Below, one piece after another: positions 27,825 to 37,210 of a stretch of DNA of 64,000 nucleotides (position 1 is its first letter; every line of letters begins with the position of its first letter). This DNA is from Anaerolineae bacterium (GTDB lineage Bacteria; Chloroflexota; Anaerolineae; UBA1429): assembly GCA_963675785.1 (NCBI GenBank), contig OY776562.1, positions 1,088,001 to 1,152,000 of the forward strand, given 5' to 3'. A program made the translations under genes and the position numbers. Under the pieces are notes generated by a model. The model did no database searches and was not told the DNA's origin. It saw only the letters and a list, made by a program, of their open reading frames with translations.

Positions 27825-29246
27825 CTAGAGCCAGCGAGCTTCCAGTTCTTCCATTGAAGGCTCGACTGGATCGGCCAGCAGGCCCGGCAGGTAACGGCAG
27901 GCTTCGAGCAAAATCTCGCCATAATGGCCGTGAATGCCTGCAACATGGTGAATGTAGGGGCCTTGCACCAGCTTGTGCTCCCACAGCGGCCAATTCTTGA
28001 CCTTGAACCAGACGTATGTACCGCCGGTCATGGGGCCATCGGTGCCCACGCCCTCACCGATAAGCAGTTGATATTTGCCGTGGTCGCCATCGAACCGGGC
28101 TACGGTGATGTCTCCGCCGACGATTTCCCATTCGCAAGTGCCGTAGGCTTTGCTGGGCAGAATCCAGTGCTCGCCTGCGCGGGCTTTGGTCTTGTCCTTG
28201 GCCAGCGAATAGGGGAACGGTCCGCAGTGCCACAGCAGCTCAGCGTTGTCGTCTTCGGGATGGCGCACAGTGACGTCGGCAAAGAAATGTGCTTTGGCGT
28301 TCATGGCCGCCGCGCTCAGCATCACGGCGGTGACGGCGCCGTGGACATCGGTCTCACAGGCCACAGGCAGTCCTTCATCGGCAAGCAGGGCATTGGCCAG
28401 GCAGGGCATAATGCCGGTCACATCCTGAAGTGCGTTCCAACACTGGATGGCGATAGCCCGACAGCCGTATTCTTCTGCCTTGAGGCGCATAGCTACCTTG
28501 AGTGCCGCCATTTTCTCGATCTGCGCCATGGGGCTATCGGGGCTCATGTTCTCGTGAATAAAGGCCGCGGTATCCAAAACAGCCTGATCGCGGTCTCTGA
28601 GCAGCTCGTCCATTTTCAGCGTTATTTCTGGCAAGGGAATGGGATAGATCTGGATGCCGAACCGTTCCAGCAGTTCGTTCTCGTTATACATCACGCTCCA
28701 GAACGGCTGGGGGCGGGTGGATATCTGCAAGATGCGCAGATTCTTGACTGCTTTGACCACGCTGGCCACAGCCAGGAACTTTTCGACCCCCTCTTTTAAG
28801 TCCTCGCTATCCACCCACGAGTTGGTCAGGTAGGTGAAAGGTACGTTGAACCGTCTGAGTACTTTGCCAGTGGCAAAAAGGCCGCATTGGCTGTCGCGTT
28901 GGCGCATGCCGTTAGGCTCTGGCGCGTCGTCGCGTGGGCCCCACAGTAGTACCGGCACCTGCAGCGCCGCGGCCACCTGAGCCACAAGCCCCTCGGAGCC
29001 AAAGTTGCAGTGGGGGAAGAACACGGCATCTACATGGGCATCCTTAAAGCGGGTAATGATGGCCTCGAGGTCGCAATCCTGAAAGAGCAACTGCTCATCA
29101 TTGATGCCAGCCAGATCGACATAGTCGACATCCCACGCTGTCAGCAGATCTTTGACCAGCCCTGCAAAGTGCATGGCTGCCTCGCGGCTGAATACGTCTC
29201 TTCGCGTGGGGCAGTAACCAAGTTTAATGCGCGTCTTTTCCATCAT
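27825..29246 (-). CDS. L-fucose/L-arabinose isomerase family protein
   Basis: NFGSE, RDSQCG, AIQCW, ACETD metal ligands, LWHCG, PYIHH. Confidence 0.88.
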   Translation of the reverse strand: MMEKTRIKLGYCPTRRDVFSREAAMHFAGLVKDLLTAWDVDYVDLAGINDEQLLFQDCDLEAIITRFKDAHVDAVFFPHCNFGSEGLVAQVAAALQVPVLLWGPRDDAPEPNGMRQRDSQCGLFATGKVLRRFNVPFTYLTNSWVDSEDLKEGVEKFLAVASVVKAVKNLRILQISTRPQPFWSVMYNENELLERFGIQIYPIPLPEITLKMDELLRDRDQAVLDTAAFIHENMSPDSPMAQIEKMAALKVAMRLKAEEYGCRAIAIQCWNALQDVTGIMPCLANALLADEGLPVACETDVHGAVTAVMLSAAAMNAKAHFFADVTVRHPEDDNAELLWHCGPFPYSLAKDKTKARAGEHWILPSKAYGTCEWEIVGGDITVARFDGDHGKYQLLIGEGVGTDGPMTGGTYVWFKVKNWPLWEHKLVQGPYIHHVAGIHGHYGEILLEACRYLPGLLADPVEPSMEELEARWL

Positions 29247-29273
29247 TCGTACTCCTACTTTTTTCAATGAGGC

Positions 29274-30239
29274 TTATTCAGCGAGGCGGGCGTAACCCAG
29301 AATGTCCAGCACGCCTTCCATAATCTCGGCGGCTTTTTCGATGCTATCATCAAGATACTGCCGGGACTCGGCAGCCTCAAAATCACCCTGTTCTATCAAG
29401 CTGCTTCTTTTTTGCAGTTGGCGTGCTGCGTATTGGCCGCTTTCTCGTGCAATTCGTGTCCACATATTCACGCGAATAATGCCATCGCTGAATAGCGAGC
29501 GCATCTGCTCGTCAGATAGGCTAGAAGTGCCGTGCAGCACCAGCATGGGCTTGCCTAAACGTCCGCTCAACTCTCGGGCGCGTTCGCCCAGATAGACGCA
29601 ATCGCCCACGTGGCTGGATTGCTGCTCAGTGCCCAGATCGGCCACCAAAAAATCGATCCCGGTTTCGTTGACATAATCATAAGCCTTGTCCACATAGGCA
29701 TCGGTTTGCTTGGCGCGAGGGCCGCCTTCTACAGCGAGTTGCTCCATGATCCCTTCGATCAAAATATCCTTACCGTGGGCCCGGACGTATTCGCTGGTCA
29801 TCTGGCGATTTTCCTGTTCGGGGTAGCGTTGGGCGTCGAACATGACGCTGGCCAGGTAGGGCAACCCCTCGGTGAGTGCCCAGCCATCGCGAGCGGGATC
29901 AGCGTGGTCCAGATGAGGCAGCACCTCGACGTTGGCGTAAGGCGAATCTGGCGCTGCGCAGAGGGCATCCAAATGCCTCATGATGGAGATAAAGCCGGTT
30001 TTGGCGTCGCGCGAGTGCGTAATGCGCTCCGCCTGCTTCATGTGTGGGTAGCAGTAGGTCATGGCCACAGCCAACGGAATGTTGGCAATTCCCCGCTTTT
30101 CGGCATAGCGTTGGGCGGCCAGCAGAATCGCCTCGGTGTTCCAGTGGCTCGCCGTGCAAAAGATGGCCATGCTGACATCGTTGGAACGCAGTCTCTCGAT
30201 GGTTTCCAACGCACACGAACGTTCAGTCTTGATCGACAT
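29274..30239 (-). CDS. Divergent class II fructose-bisphosphate-aldolase-fold protein
   Basis: HLDH, SVMFD, LVADLGTEQ, VLHGTSS, RVNMWT align with class II aldolase motifs. Confidence 0.72.
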   Translation of the reverse strand: MSIKTERSCALETIERLRSNDVSMAIFCTASHWNTEAILLAAQRYAEKRGIANIPLAVAMTYCYPHMKQAERITHSRDAKTGFISIMRHLDALCAAPDSPYANVEVLPHLDHADPARDGWALTEGLPYLASVMFDAQRYPEQENRQMTSEYVRAHGKDILIEGIMEQLAVEGGPRAKQTDAYVDKAYDYVNETGIDFLVADLGTEQQSSHVGDCVYLGERARELSGRLGKPMLVLHGTSSLSDEQMRSLFSDGIIRVNMWTRIARESGQYAARQLQKRSSLIEQGDFEAAESRQYLDDSIEKAAEIMEGVLDILGYARLAE

Positions 30240-30248
30240 CAATCATCC

Positions 30249-31748
30249 TCATTCCCAGATATCTCGAACAGCCGGATAAAGCTTTTTGTAACGCTGATAG
30301 TTCTCTTCGTAACGCTCGATCCTGCTTGGATCGGGCTCGAAATGGTGCTTTTCGTTTACCAGAAGGCGGCAGGCCTCATCGGCGTCACGGTAGATTCCCG
30401 CGGCAATGCCCGCTAGCATCACCACGCCCAGGGTTCCCGCCTCATTGATGGCCAGCGTGGACACAGGGCGGTTCATAATATCAGCCTTGATCTGTAGCCA
30501 GACATCAGACTTGGCACCGCCGCCTACAGCGCGTAGGGAATCCACAAAGATGCCGGCGCCTTCCAAGCATTCGAGATTGTACCTCATCTCGTAGGTAATG
30601 CTTTCGAGCATGGCTCTATAGATGTCATAGGTGGTGGTGCGGCTGTTCAAGCCCAGAATGGCGCCAGTGGCGTTTGGATCAAGATAGGGCGTGCCGCTTC
30701 CACCAAAGTGGGGCAGCACCAAAAGGCCACTGGGTTCTGGGCTGATGCGGCTATCCAGCAGAGCGTAGGCACTCATGCCGCAGGCTTGGGCTTCGGCCCG
30801 TTCACTACGCCCGATGGTATCGCGGAACCATTGCAAGAGGGCTCCTGCCGATAGGGTATAGGCAAAGGTAATGTAGCGATTGGGCACGACGTGTGGGCCG
30901 CAGTGATAGTTGCTAGCAAACAGCTCGGGGCTGAACACGGGCTTTTCCAGGCAGGTGGTGATGCACTCGGCTGTGCCCATGCCATCCACGGCCAGTCCGG
31001 CGGATATCACACCGCTTCCCAGGGCGGCGCAAGGTTGATCATGCCCACCGGTAACCACCAGGGTATCATTTGGCAGGCCGAGTTCTACGGCCACTGTATG
31101 CTGCACCAACCCGACAGGCGTTCCGCTGGGCAGAGTGTGGGCAAAGAGGTCTGGTGACAAGTTAGCGCCAGCGAGTATCTCCTCATCCCACACCTTATCG
31201 ACGGCATGAAAGGCCATGGTGCGGTCGGCAAGGGAATAATCAGTGGCGAATTCACCGCTCAGCTTGTAGATAAGGTAATCCTCGAATTGCAAGAATTTGA
31301 CCACACGGCTGAAAATCTCGGGTTGGTTATCGCGTAGCCACATGGCCCGAAAGATAGTGTACATGGGGTGCAGGGGGACGCCGGTACGCTGCATCAGAGT
31401 TTGTGCTCCCAGGCGCTCTGCCAGCGTGGCCATCTGTTCTTGGCCGCGGGGATCAGTTAGCAGAATACCGTTGTAAAGCACCCGGCCGGCCGAATCGATG
31501 GGCACAGCGGCCTCGCCAAAGGAAGAGATGGACAGCGCTTGCACGCGATCGTTGGGGCAAGCAGCCACACTCTCGCGTATGCAGGCGGCTACGCTCAGCC
31601 ACACATTCTCCGGGGCTATCTCGGAACACCCGACTTTGCACGGGGTGGGTGGGTATTCGCGGTAGGCTGAGGATAGCACCTTGCCGAATTCGTTCAGGAT
31701 GGTTGTTTTGCAGCCGGAGGTGCCTGCATCGATGCCAAGCAGTGCCAT
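30249..31748 (-). CDS. FGGY family carbohydrate kinase
   Basis: LGIDAGTSGCK, TDYSLADRTM, GGHDQ, GGGAKS. Confidence 0.93.
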   Translation of the reverse strand: MALLGIDAGTSGCKTTILNEFGKVLSSAYREYPPTPCKVGCSEIAPENVWLSVAACIRESVAACPNDRVQALSISSFGEAAVPIDSAGRVLYNGILLTDPRGQEQMATLAERLGAQTLMQRTGVPLHPMYTIFRAMWLRDNQPEIFSRVVKFLQFEDYLIYKLSGEFATDYSLADRTMAFHAVDKVWDEEILAGANLSPDLFAHTLPSGTPVGLVQHTVAVELGLPNDTLVVTGGHDQPCAALGSGVISAGLAVDGMGTAECITTCLEKPVFSPELFASNYHCGPHVVPNRYITFAYTLSAGALLQWFRDTIGRSERAEAQACGMSAYALLDSRISPEPSGLLVLPHFGGSGTPYLDPNATGAILGLNSRTTTYDIYRAMLESITYEMRYNLECLEGAGIFVDSLRAVGGGAKSDVWLQIKADIMNRPVSTLAINEAGTLGVVMLAGIAAGIYRDADEACRLLVNEKHHFEPDPSRIERYEENYQRYKKLYPAVRDIWE

Positions 31749-31845
31749 CTATCTTGTTCTCCAATATATAGCGTCCGCCCATCAGTTGTTCTTGGCGCGG
31801 CACAACAAACTACTGATGCTGCCTATGACGTCCGCATCAGCATGG

Positions 31846-31883
31846 ATGTAGCGCTATGTTAATGATCTCACGCGAGAGGTCAA
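31846..31883 (-). promoter_or_regulatory. Promoter with LacI-type operator overlapping -10
   Basis: Minus strand TTGACC-16 bp-TAACAT; palindromic core TAGCGCTA (31849-31856). Confidence 0.45.
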
Positions 31884-32024
31884 GCCCGCCAAGGGCATTG
31901 TCAATTCGGAACGGTTGTTTTTATTTATTTCTGCACTGTAGGCGTTGCAGGCCTTGTAATTGTTATGTTATAATCGATACCTATAGGCGATATAAGTACT
32001 GTCTCATAATGCAAGGAGACGTAT

Positions 32025-33212
32025 TTGGACACAGAAAACAGCAACCCACGCGATCAGGCCCGAACGCTACTGCGCTTGGGTATCTCGGCAGCAGAACGTG
32101 GGGATAATGAACGAGGCCTCCGCTATGTAAAGGGAGCCCTGGCCGTTGATCCGGATTCTGAACCGGCGCTATTGTGGCAGCAGGCTCTTGAAGATGATGA
32201 TCCCGCTGCTTGTCGTCCGGCAGTAGAAGAGGCCCTAGCGCGACACCCCGAAGATGCCTTGCTCATCGGCCTCTCGTCCTGGCTGGATGCGCATCCTGCC
32301 GTCTCGGAAGAAGACATTCACCCCAAAGGATTCAAGGCGCCCTGGGCTCATCTCATGCCCGCCTCGACGGACGATGTGGATCCGCTGGCTCACGCTGAAA
32401 GCGCAGGCGAGCCGGTTTCTATGGTGGTGCCTTCAACCGAAGAGGGAGACGGGGAGGAAGAGACAACACCTCCTGAGAAGACCCGACTGGCAATCAACTG
32501 GAAGCGCATCCTGGGATCTACCCTGATGGTGCTCATGCTGCTCTATATTCTGGCAGGCGTCGGTATGCTGATAGCCAGCCTGGTGGACGAAGGTGCACAC
32601 ACCTGGTTGCAGGATTGGCTGGGTGGCGCACCGGTGGATGCTCTAGAATTGGTCATCTTTGTGCCTACGGCTACAGCTACCTTGACCCCTACAGCGACGG
32701 CTCTGCCTACAAATACCCCTACCATTACACCAACTGCCACCGCCACCTCAACCCCTACGCTCACGCCGACACCAGAATGGGTGACGGACGTTTATGCGCC
32801 GTTGCCGCTGGACGAAAACTGGATAGAGGTTGATCTCTCGGACCAGATGCTCTACGCCTACGAGGGTAGCGTGCAGGTCTTTTCATCGTTGGTCTCTACC
32901 GGCAAAGAGGCCACCCCCACGCGTCAGGGGCGTTTTCGTATCCAAACCAAGTATCTCTCACAGGATATGGGCGGCAGTGGCTATTACCTGCCCAATGTCC
33001 AATGGGTGCAGTATTTCTATATCAATTTCGCCCTGCACGGCGCCTACTGGCATGATTCCTGGGGAACAACCACAAGTCACGGCTGTGTGAATATCACCAA
33101 CGAGGACGCAGAATGGCTCTTTAACTGGACGGATCCTGTGTTGCCGGAAGATGCGTCAATGGTTAGCGCAACGACGGATAATCCGGGTACCTGGGTGCTG
33201 GTTCACGAATAA
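32025..33212 (+). CDS. L,D-transpeptidase (YkuD) with TPR-like N-terminus, TM helix and PT linker
   Basis: WIEVDLSDQ, VSTGK, HGAYWH...SHGCVN catalytic motif; TTG start with AAGGAG. Confidence 0.9.
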   Translation: MDTENSNPRDQARTLLRLGISAAERGDNERGLRYVKGALAVDPDSEPALLWQQALEDDDPAACRPAVEEALARHPEDALLIGLSSWLDAHPAVSEEDIHPKGFKAPWAHLMPASTDDVDPLAHAESAGEPVSMVVPSTEEGDGEEETTPPEKTRLAINWKRILGSTLMVLMLLYILAGVGMLIASLVDEGAHTWLQDWLGGAPVDALELVIFVPTATATLTPTATALPTNTPTITPTATATSTPTLTPTPEWVTDVYAPLPLDENWIEVDLSDQMLYAYEGSVQVFSSLVSTGKEATPTRQGRFRIQTKYLSQDMGGSGYYLPNVQWVQYFYINFALHGAYWHDSWGTTTSHGCVNITNEDAEWLFNWTDPVLPEDASMVSATTDNPGTWVLVHE

Positions 33213-33246
33213 TCGTATTCTGCAAACCGTTTGCTATGGGGGAAGC

Positions 33247-34659
33247 ATGGTCAAAATTGCAATGATTGGCGCGGGTAGCCTGACGTTTACCAAGCACCTG
33301 GTGACGGATGTGCTGGCGGTTCCAGAGCTGCACGACACCGAATTTCGGCTCATGGACATCTCGGCGGAGAACCTCGATATGTCTGCCCAGATGGTCAACA
33401 AGATCATCGCCGATAATGACCTGGATGCCACCGTGGTGCAGACGTTGGATCGTCGCGAGGCCATCCGCGGCGCCGATTACGTGGTTTCCTTAGCGCGTGT
33501 AGGTGGCCTGGATGCCTTTGCCCAGGATATCGAGATCCCACTAAAGTACGGCGTCGATCAGTGTGTGGGCGATACGCTGGGCCCGGGCGGCATCTTTTAT
33601 GCCATGCGCACCATCCCCGTGCTGCTGGATATTGCCGCCGATATGCGCGAACTGGCCCCCGATGCGCTGCTTCTCAACTATTCCAACCCCATGGCCATGA
33701 ACAGCTGGGCGGTACGCCGCGCTGGCGGCGTGCGTTATATGGGGCTGTGTCACGGCGTGCAGGGCGGCCATGAACTCATCGCCAAGGCGTTGGGCTTGCC
33801 CAAGGAAGAGGTCGACTATATTTGCGCGGGCATCAACCACCAGACCTGGTACATTCAGGTGACCCACAAAGGGCAGGACATGTTGCCGTTCTTGCTAGAG
33901 GCCATGGAGAGCAATCCCGAGATTGCCGCTGCCGAGCCCTGCCGTATCGACATTCTCAAGCGCTTTGGCTATTTTTCTACCGAGTCCAACGGCCACCTTT
34001 CCGAGTATTTGCCCTGGTATCGCAAACGCCCGCAAGAGATCGACCGTTGGATCAATCCCAAGGTGTGGATTGGTGGGCGCACCGCCGGCTATCTGAACGA
34101 TTGCCGCGACACCCGCAACGAATACAGCCACACCTTCCCCGAGATGATGAGCGGCAACCCCATCGAGGCTACGCCCGCAAAGCGCTCCACCGAGCATTTC
34201 TCGCACATCATCGAGGCGTTGGAGACAGGGCGCGTTTACCGCGGCCATTTCAACATCGGCAATACCGGCATCATTAGCAACTTGCCTGAAGGCTGCACCA
34301 TCGAGGTACCCTGCTATGTGGATGGCAACGGCATTAGTCCGGCATGGGTGGGCGATCTGCCCCTGCCCTGCGCCGCCGCTTGCCGTGTCTCTATCAACGT
34401 GCAAGAGATGGCTGTGGAGGCTGCGCTTACCGGCAATCGCGAGTTGGTCAAGCTGGCTGTACTGCATGATCCCTTGACCGGTGCCGTGTGCAACACTAAA
34501 GAAGTGTGGGCCATGTGCGAAGAGATGTTTGACGCGCTGGCCCCCTGGATGCCCCAGTTCAACGGTGAGGGCCGCACCTGGGCTGACCTGCCGGCCTATG
34601 GTGATGGCACGCTGCGCAAGCCCAAAGTGGCAACCGAGCTGCCGCCTTCTCTGCGCTAG
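33247..34659 (+). CDS. melA: Glycoside hydrolase family 4 alpha-galactosidase
   Basis: KIAMIGAGS NAD-binding, GDTLGPGG, NYSNPM, GLCHGV, AGINH, TESNGHLSEY. Confidence 0.9.
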   Translation: MVKIAMIGAGSLTFTKHLVTDVLAVPELHDTEFRLMDISAENLDMSAQMVNKIIADNDLDATVVQTLDRREAIRGADYVVSLARVGGLDAFAQDIEIPLKYGVDQCVGDTLGPGGIFYAMRTIPVLLDIAADMRELAPDALLLNYSNPMAMNSWAVRRAGGVRYMGLCHGVQGGHELIAKALGLPKEEVDYICAGINHQTWYIQVTHKGQDMLPFLLEAMESNPEIAAAEPCRIDILKRFGYFSTESNGHLSEYLPWYRKRPQEIDRWINPKVWIGGRTAGYLNDCRDTRNEYSHTFPEMMSGNPIEATPAKRSTEHFSHIIEALETGRVYRGHFNIGNTGIISNLPEGCTIEVPCYVDGNGISPAWVGDLPLPCAAACRVSINVQEMAVEAALTGNRELVKLAVLHDPLTGAVCNTKEVWAMCEEMFDALAPWMPQFNGEGRTWADLPAYGDGTLRKPKVATELPPSLR

Positions 34660-34697
34660 GCATAGGTATCGCATCGCCATACAATTCACTAAACAAG

Positions 34698-34740
34698 CAA
34701 ACTGCCTGGCGATACCTTTTGGCATCAACCAGGCAGTTTG
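34698..34740. terminator. Hairpin between convergent genes
   Basis: CAAACTGCCTGG...CCAGGCAGTTTG 12-bp arms. Confidence 0.55.
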
Positions 34741-34780
34741 AGTTCTATACTGCTTTATTGGGGGGAGTGACGCTAAAACC

Positions 34781-35452
34781 CTATTTCTTTTCGCGGCGGA
34801 AGCACATGAACCAATCGAGGCAGTACTGATCCTCGTCTTTGCTTTCCATGCGCTCTTTGGCAGTGCCGCAAGAACCAGCTGTGGGCACGATCACGTCATC
34901 ACCCGGACGCCAATCGGCTGGCGTGGCCACATTATCGGCGTCGGCCTTTTGCAGTGCCAGGATGATTCGCTTGATCTCATCAAAGTTGCGCCCTGTGCTG
35001 AGCGGATAGTAGAGAATGGTGCGAATCTTGCCCTTGGGGTCGACGATAAAGACCGCACGCACGGCCTGCGTGTTGGACTGGCCCGGTTGGATCATGCCGT
35101 ACTTGTTGGACACTTCCATGCGAATGTCTTCGATGAGCGGGAAGGTAATCTCAATGTTCTTCTTGCCGTTCCACTCGAGCTCTTGAATCTTGCGCAGCCA
35201 GGCGATGTGGGCATACAGCGAATCCACCGACAGACCTACGAGCTCGGTATTCAACGCCTTGAACTCGCCGATCATCGAGCCAAAGGTCATGAACTCGGTG
35301 GTGCAAACGGGTGTAAAGTCGGCCGGGTGTGAAAAGAGGATTACCCACTTGCCCTTGTAATCTTGGGGAAAATTGATGGGGCCCTGGGTTGTTACGGCTT
35401 TGAAACTGGGGGCGTCATCGCCAATTAGCGGCATTCTGTTGAACTCTTCCAT
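34781..35452 (-). CDS. Peroxiredoxin (Prx6/archaeal-type subfamily)
   Basis: HPADFTPVCTTE, YYPLSTGRNFDEI, C-terminal CLDWFMC. Confidence 0.95.
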   Translation of the reverse strand: MEEFNRMPLIGDDAPSFKAVTTQGPINFPQDYKGKWVILFSHPADFTPVCTTEFMTFGSMIGEFKALNTELVGLSVDSLYAHIAWLRKIQELEWNGKKNIEITFPLIEDIRMEVSNKYGMIQPGQSNTQAVRAVFIVDPKGKIRTILYYPLSTGRNFDEIKRIILALQKADADNVATPADWRPGDDVIVPTAGSCGTAKERMESKDEDQYCLDWFMCFRREKK

Positions 35453-35538
35453 TGTTCTTTTCCTTTGCTATTTATAGCGCTCTGCGGCGCGCTTTCTTGC
35501 CTACAGATACCAGTGTATCAGCATGTGACTCTTGGTTC

Positions 35539-35553
35539 TGTAACAAAGTCACA
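35539..35553. promoter_or_regulatory. Candidate Crp/Fnr-family operator
   Basis: TGTAAC-AAA-GTCACA near-palindrome between divergent prx and Crp/Fnr genes; an extra TGTGAC half site at 35524. Confidence 0.55.
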
Positions 35554-35638
35554 CTCAGGGCGATTTTTTAAGGTTTGCCCCAAAATTAATAGGCCCGGTT
35601 TTACATCTGCCCCGTTTGTTCATTGAAAGAGGTTCAGC

Positions 35639-36310
35639 ATGAAGCAATCTGCGAGGAGGCTGGACGAGGTCTTGCCCTTTTGGCGAGATCTGACTGTCGA
35701 TCAGCAAGGGGTGCTTCAGTTCACGATGATTGAGCGCCGCTTTAGATTGGGCACAACTATTCAGAGTGATTCTGAAGATTGCCCCGGCCTTTTGGTTGTG
35801 ACAGCAGGGCAGCTTCGTGTGTTTCTCATCTCTCCTACGGGTAAAGAAATTACGTTGTATCGCGTATTTGGTGGGGAAATCTGCCTTTTTTCAGCTTCCT
35901 GTATTATCCGCGGTGCCAATTTTGATGTATACGTGCAGACTGAGCGCGAAACGACGGCGTTGGTTATTCCAACGTCTGTCTATCAGGAATTGATGGATCA
36001 GTCCACGTGTGTCGCTAACTTTACCAATATGCTCATGGCCTCACGCCTGACGAATGTCATTCAGTTGATGGAAGATGTGCTGTTTTCCAGCTTTGACAGT
36101 CGCCTGGCAGCCTTCTTGCTCGAACAAAGCGCTATTGAGCGTAGCGCGACATTGCGTATGACCCATGAACAGATTGCTCGCAACTTGGGGACAGCTCGCG
36201 AGGTAGTGAGCCGAATGCTGGGTTATTTCCAAACAGAGGGTTTGATTGTCATGTCACGGGGGTGTATTACCATCACCAATGGCCCCAAGCTGCGTGCACT
36301 CGTTCAGTAA
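35639..36310 (+). CDS. Crp/Fnr family transcriptional regulator
   Basis: GKEITLYR...CLFSASC cNMP-like domain, THEQIARNLGTAREVVSRML HTH. Confidence 0.93.
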   Translation: MKQSARRLDEVLPFWRDLTVDQQGVLQFTMIERRFRLGTTIQSDSEDCPGLLVVTAGQLRVFLISPTGKEITLYRVFGGEICLFSASCIIRGANFDVYVQTERETTALVIPTSVYQELMDQSTCVANFTNMLMASRLTNVIQLMEDVLFSSFDSRLAAFLLEQSAIERSATLRMTHEQIARNLGTAREVVSRMLGYFQTEGLIVMSRGCITITNGPKLRALVQ

Positions 36311-36341
36311 TTAATCGTATAGTTGGGGCAGCAAACATAGC

Positions 36342-36384
36342 AAAATCGGGGTACAGAATCTTTCTGTACCCCGATTTTTTTTTT
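36342..36384. terminator. Intrinsic (bidirectional) terminator
   Basis: AAAATCGGGGTACAGAA-TCT-TTCTGTACCCCGATTTT followed by a long T run. Confidence 0.85.
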
Positions 36385-36412
36385 GTACAAGGCTACGTTA
36401 TGAGCGGCATGC

Positions 36413-37192
36413 TCAGAGGAAATCGAGCCCTTCACACTCCTTCTTGGCTTGCCGCAGCATCAAGATCACATCACTGGCCAGCGCCAAAAAAGTAAATCCC
36501 TGTGCCACACGCATATTGACCTCGGCGGCCGTCTGGCAGTGATATCCTGCTGCCACACCGTTCTTTTTCGCCGCTTGTAGAATGTGTTGTACGGCATCTT
36601 CTCGCTCTGGCCCTGGTGCAGAAGGGCTCATGCCCATGCTAAGCGCCAGGTCAGTGGGACCAATGAAACAGCCATCTACACCCGGCACCGAGAGAATGTC
36701 CTCGGCACGTTCGGCGGCGGTGATCGTCTCGATCATTACAATGGTGCACAGTTCGCGTTGCGCAAACTCGCGGTACTCTCCTTCGACATAGAGGTTCATC
36801 CTACCGCCGCCGCAACTACGAACGCCTTCTTGGGCGTATTTGCAGTTGGCTACGGCGCGTTCGGCCTCTTCTCGCGAGTTGATCATGGGAATAACCAGCC
36901 CGAGCGCCCCTGCATCTAGGGTGCGCTGAATCCAAACGGTGTCCAGCCAGGGTACGCGCGCCATAGGTACGGCGCCCCCCAGCTGAATGGCCCGAAAGGA
37001 ATTGACCATGGTGTCAAAGCCAACCGGGCTGTGCTGCGCGTCGATCACCAGCCAATCCCAACCAACAGAGGTCATATGCTCGGCTGATGCCGCAGAGCAA
37101 AGCGATATCCAACTGCCGATAGCCGGTCGGCCCTCTTTCAAAGCCTTTTTCACCGGGTTATGCGTGAGCAATTGAGCAGGTCCAGAACGCAT
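36413..37192 (-). CDS. HpcH/HpaI (GarL-like) aldolase family protein
   Basis: DWLVIDAQH, ARVP, LDAGA, MIET, FIGPTDL. Confidence 0.92.
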   Translation of the reverse strand: MRSGPAQLLTHNPVKKALKEGRPAIGSWISLCSAASAEHMTSVGWDWLVIDAQHSPVGFDTMVNSFRAIQLGGAVPMARVPWLDTVWIQRTLDAGALGLVIPMINSREEAERAVANCKYAQEGVRSCGGGRMNLYVEGEYREFAQRELCTIVMIETITAAERAEDILSVPGVDGCFIGPTDLALSMGMSPSAPGPEREDAVQHILQAAKKNGVAAGYHCQTAAEVNMRVAQGFTFLALASDVILMLRQAKKECEGLDFL

Positions 37193-37210
37193 ATTGTGGC
37201 CTCCTGGTCT

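Noticed and set aside
34664-34740. Alternative pairing AGGTATCGC/GCGATACCT overlapping the hairpin after melA
   Set aside because: It lies between convergent stop codons with no downstream gene to regulate; most simply a terminator region.
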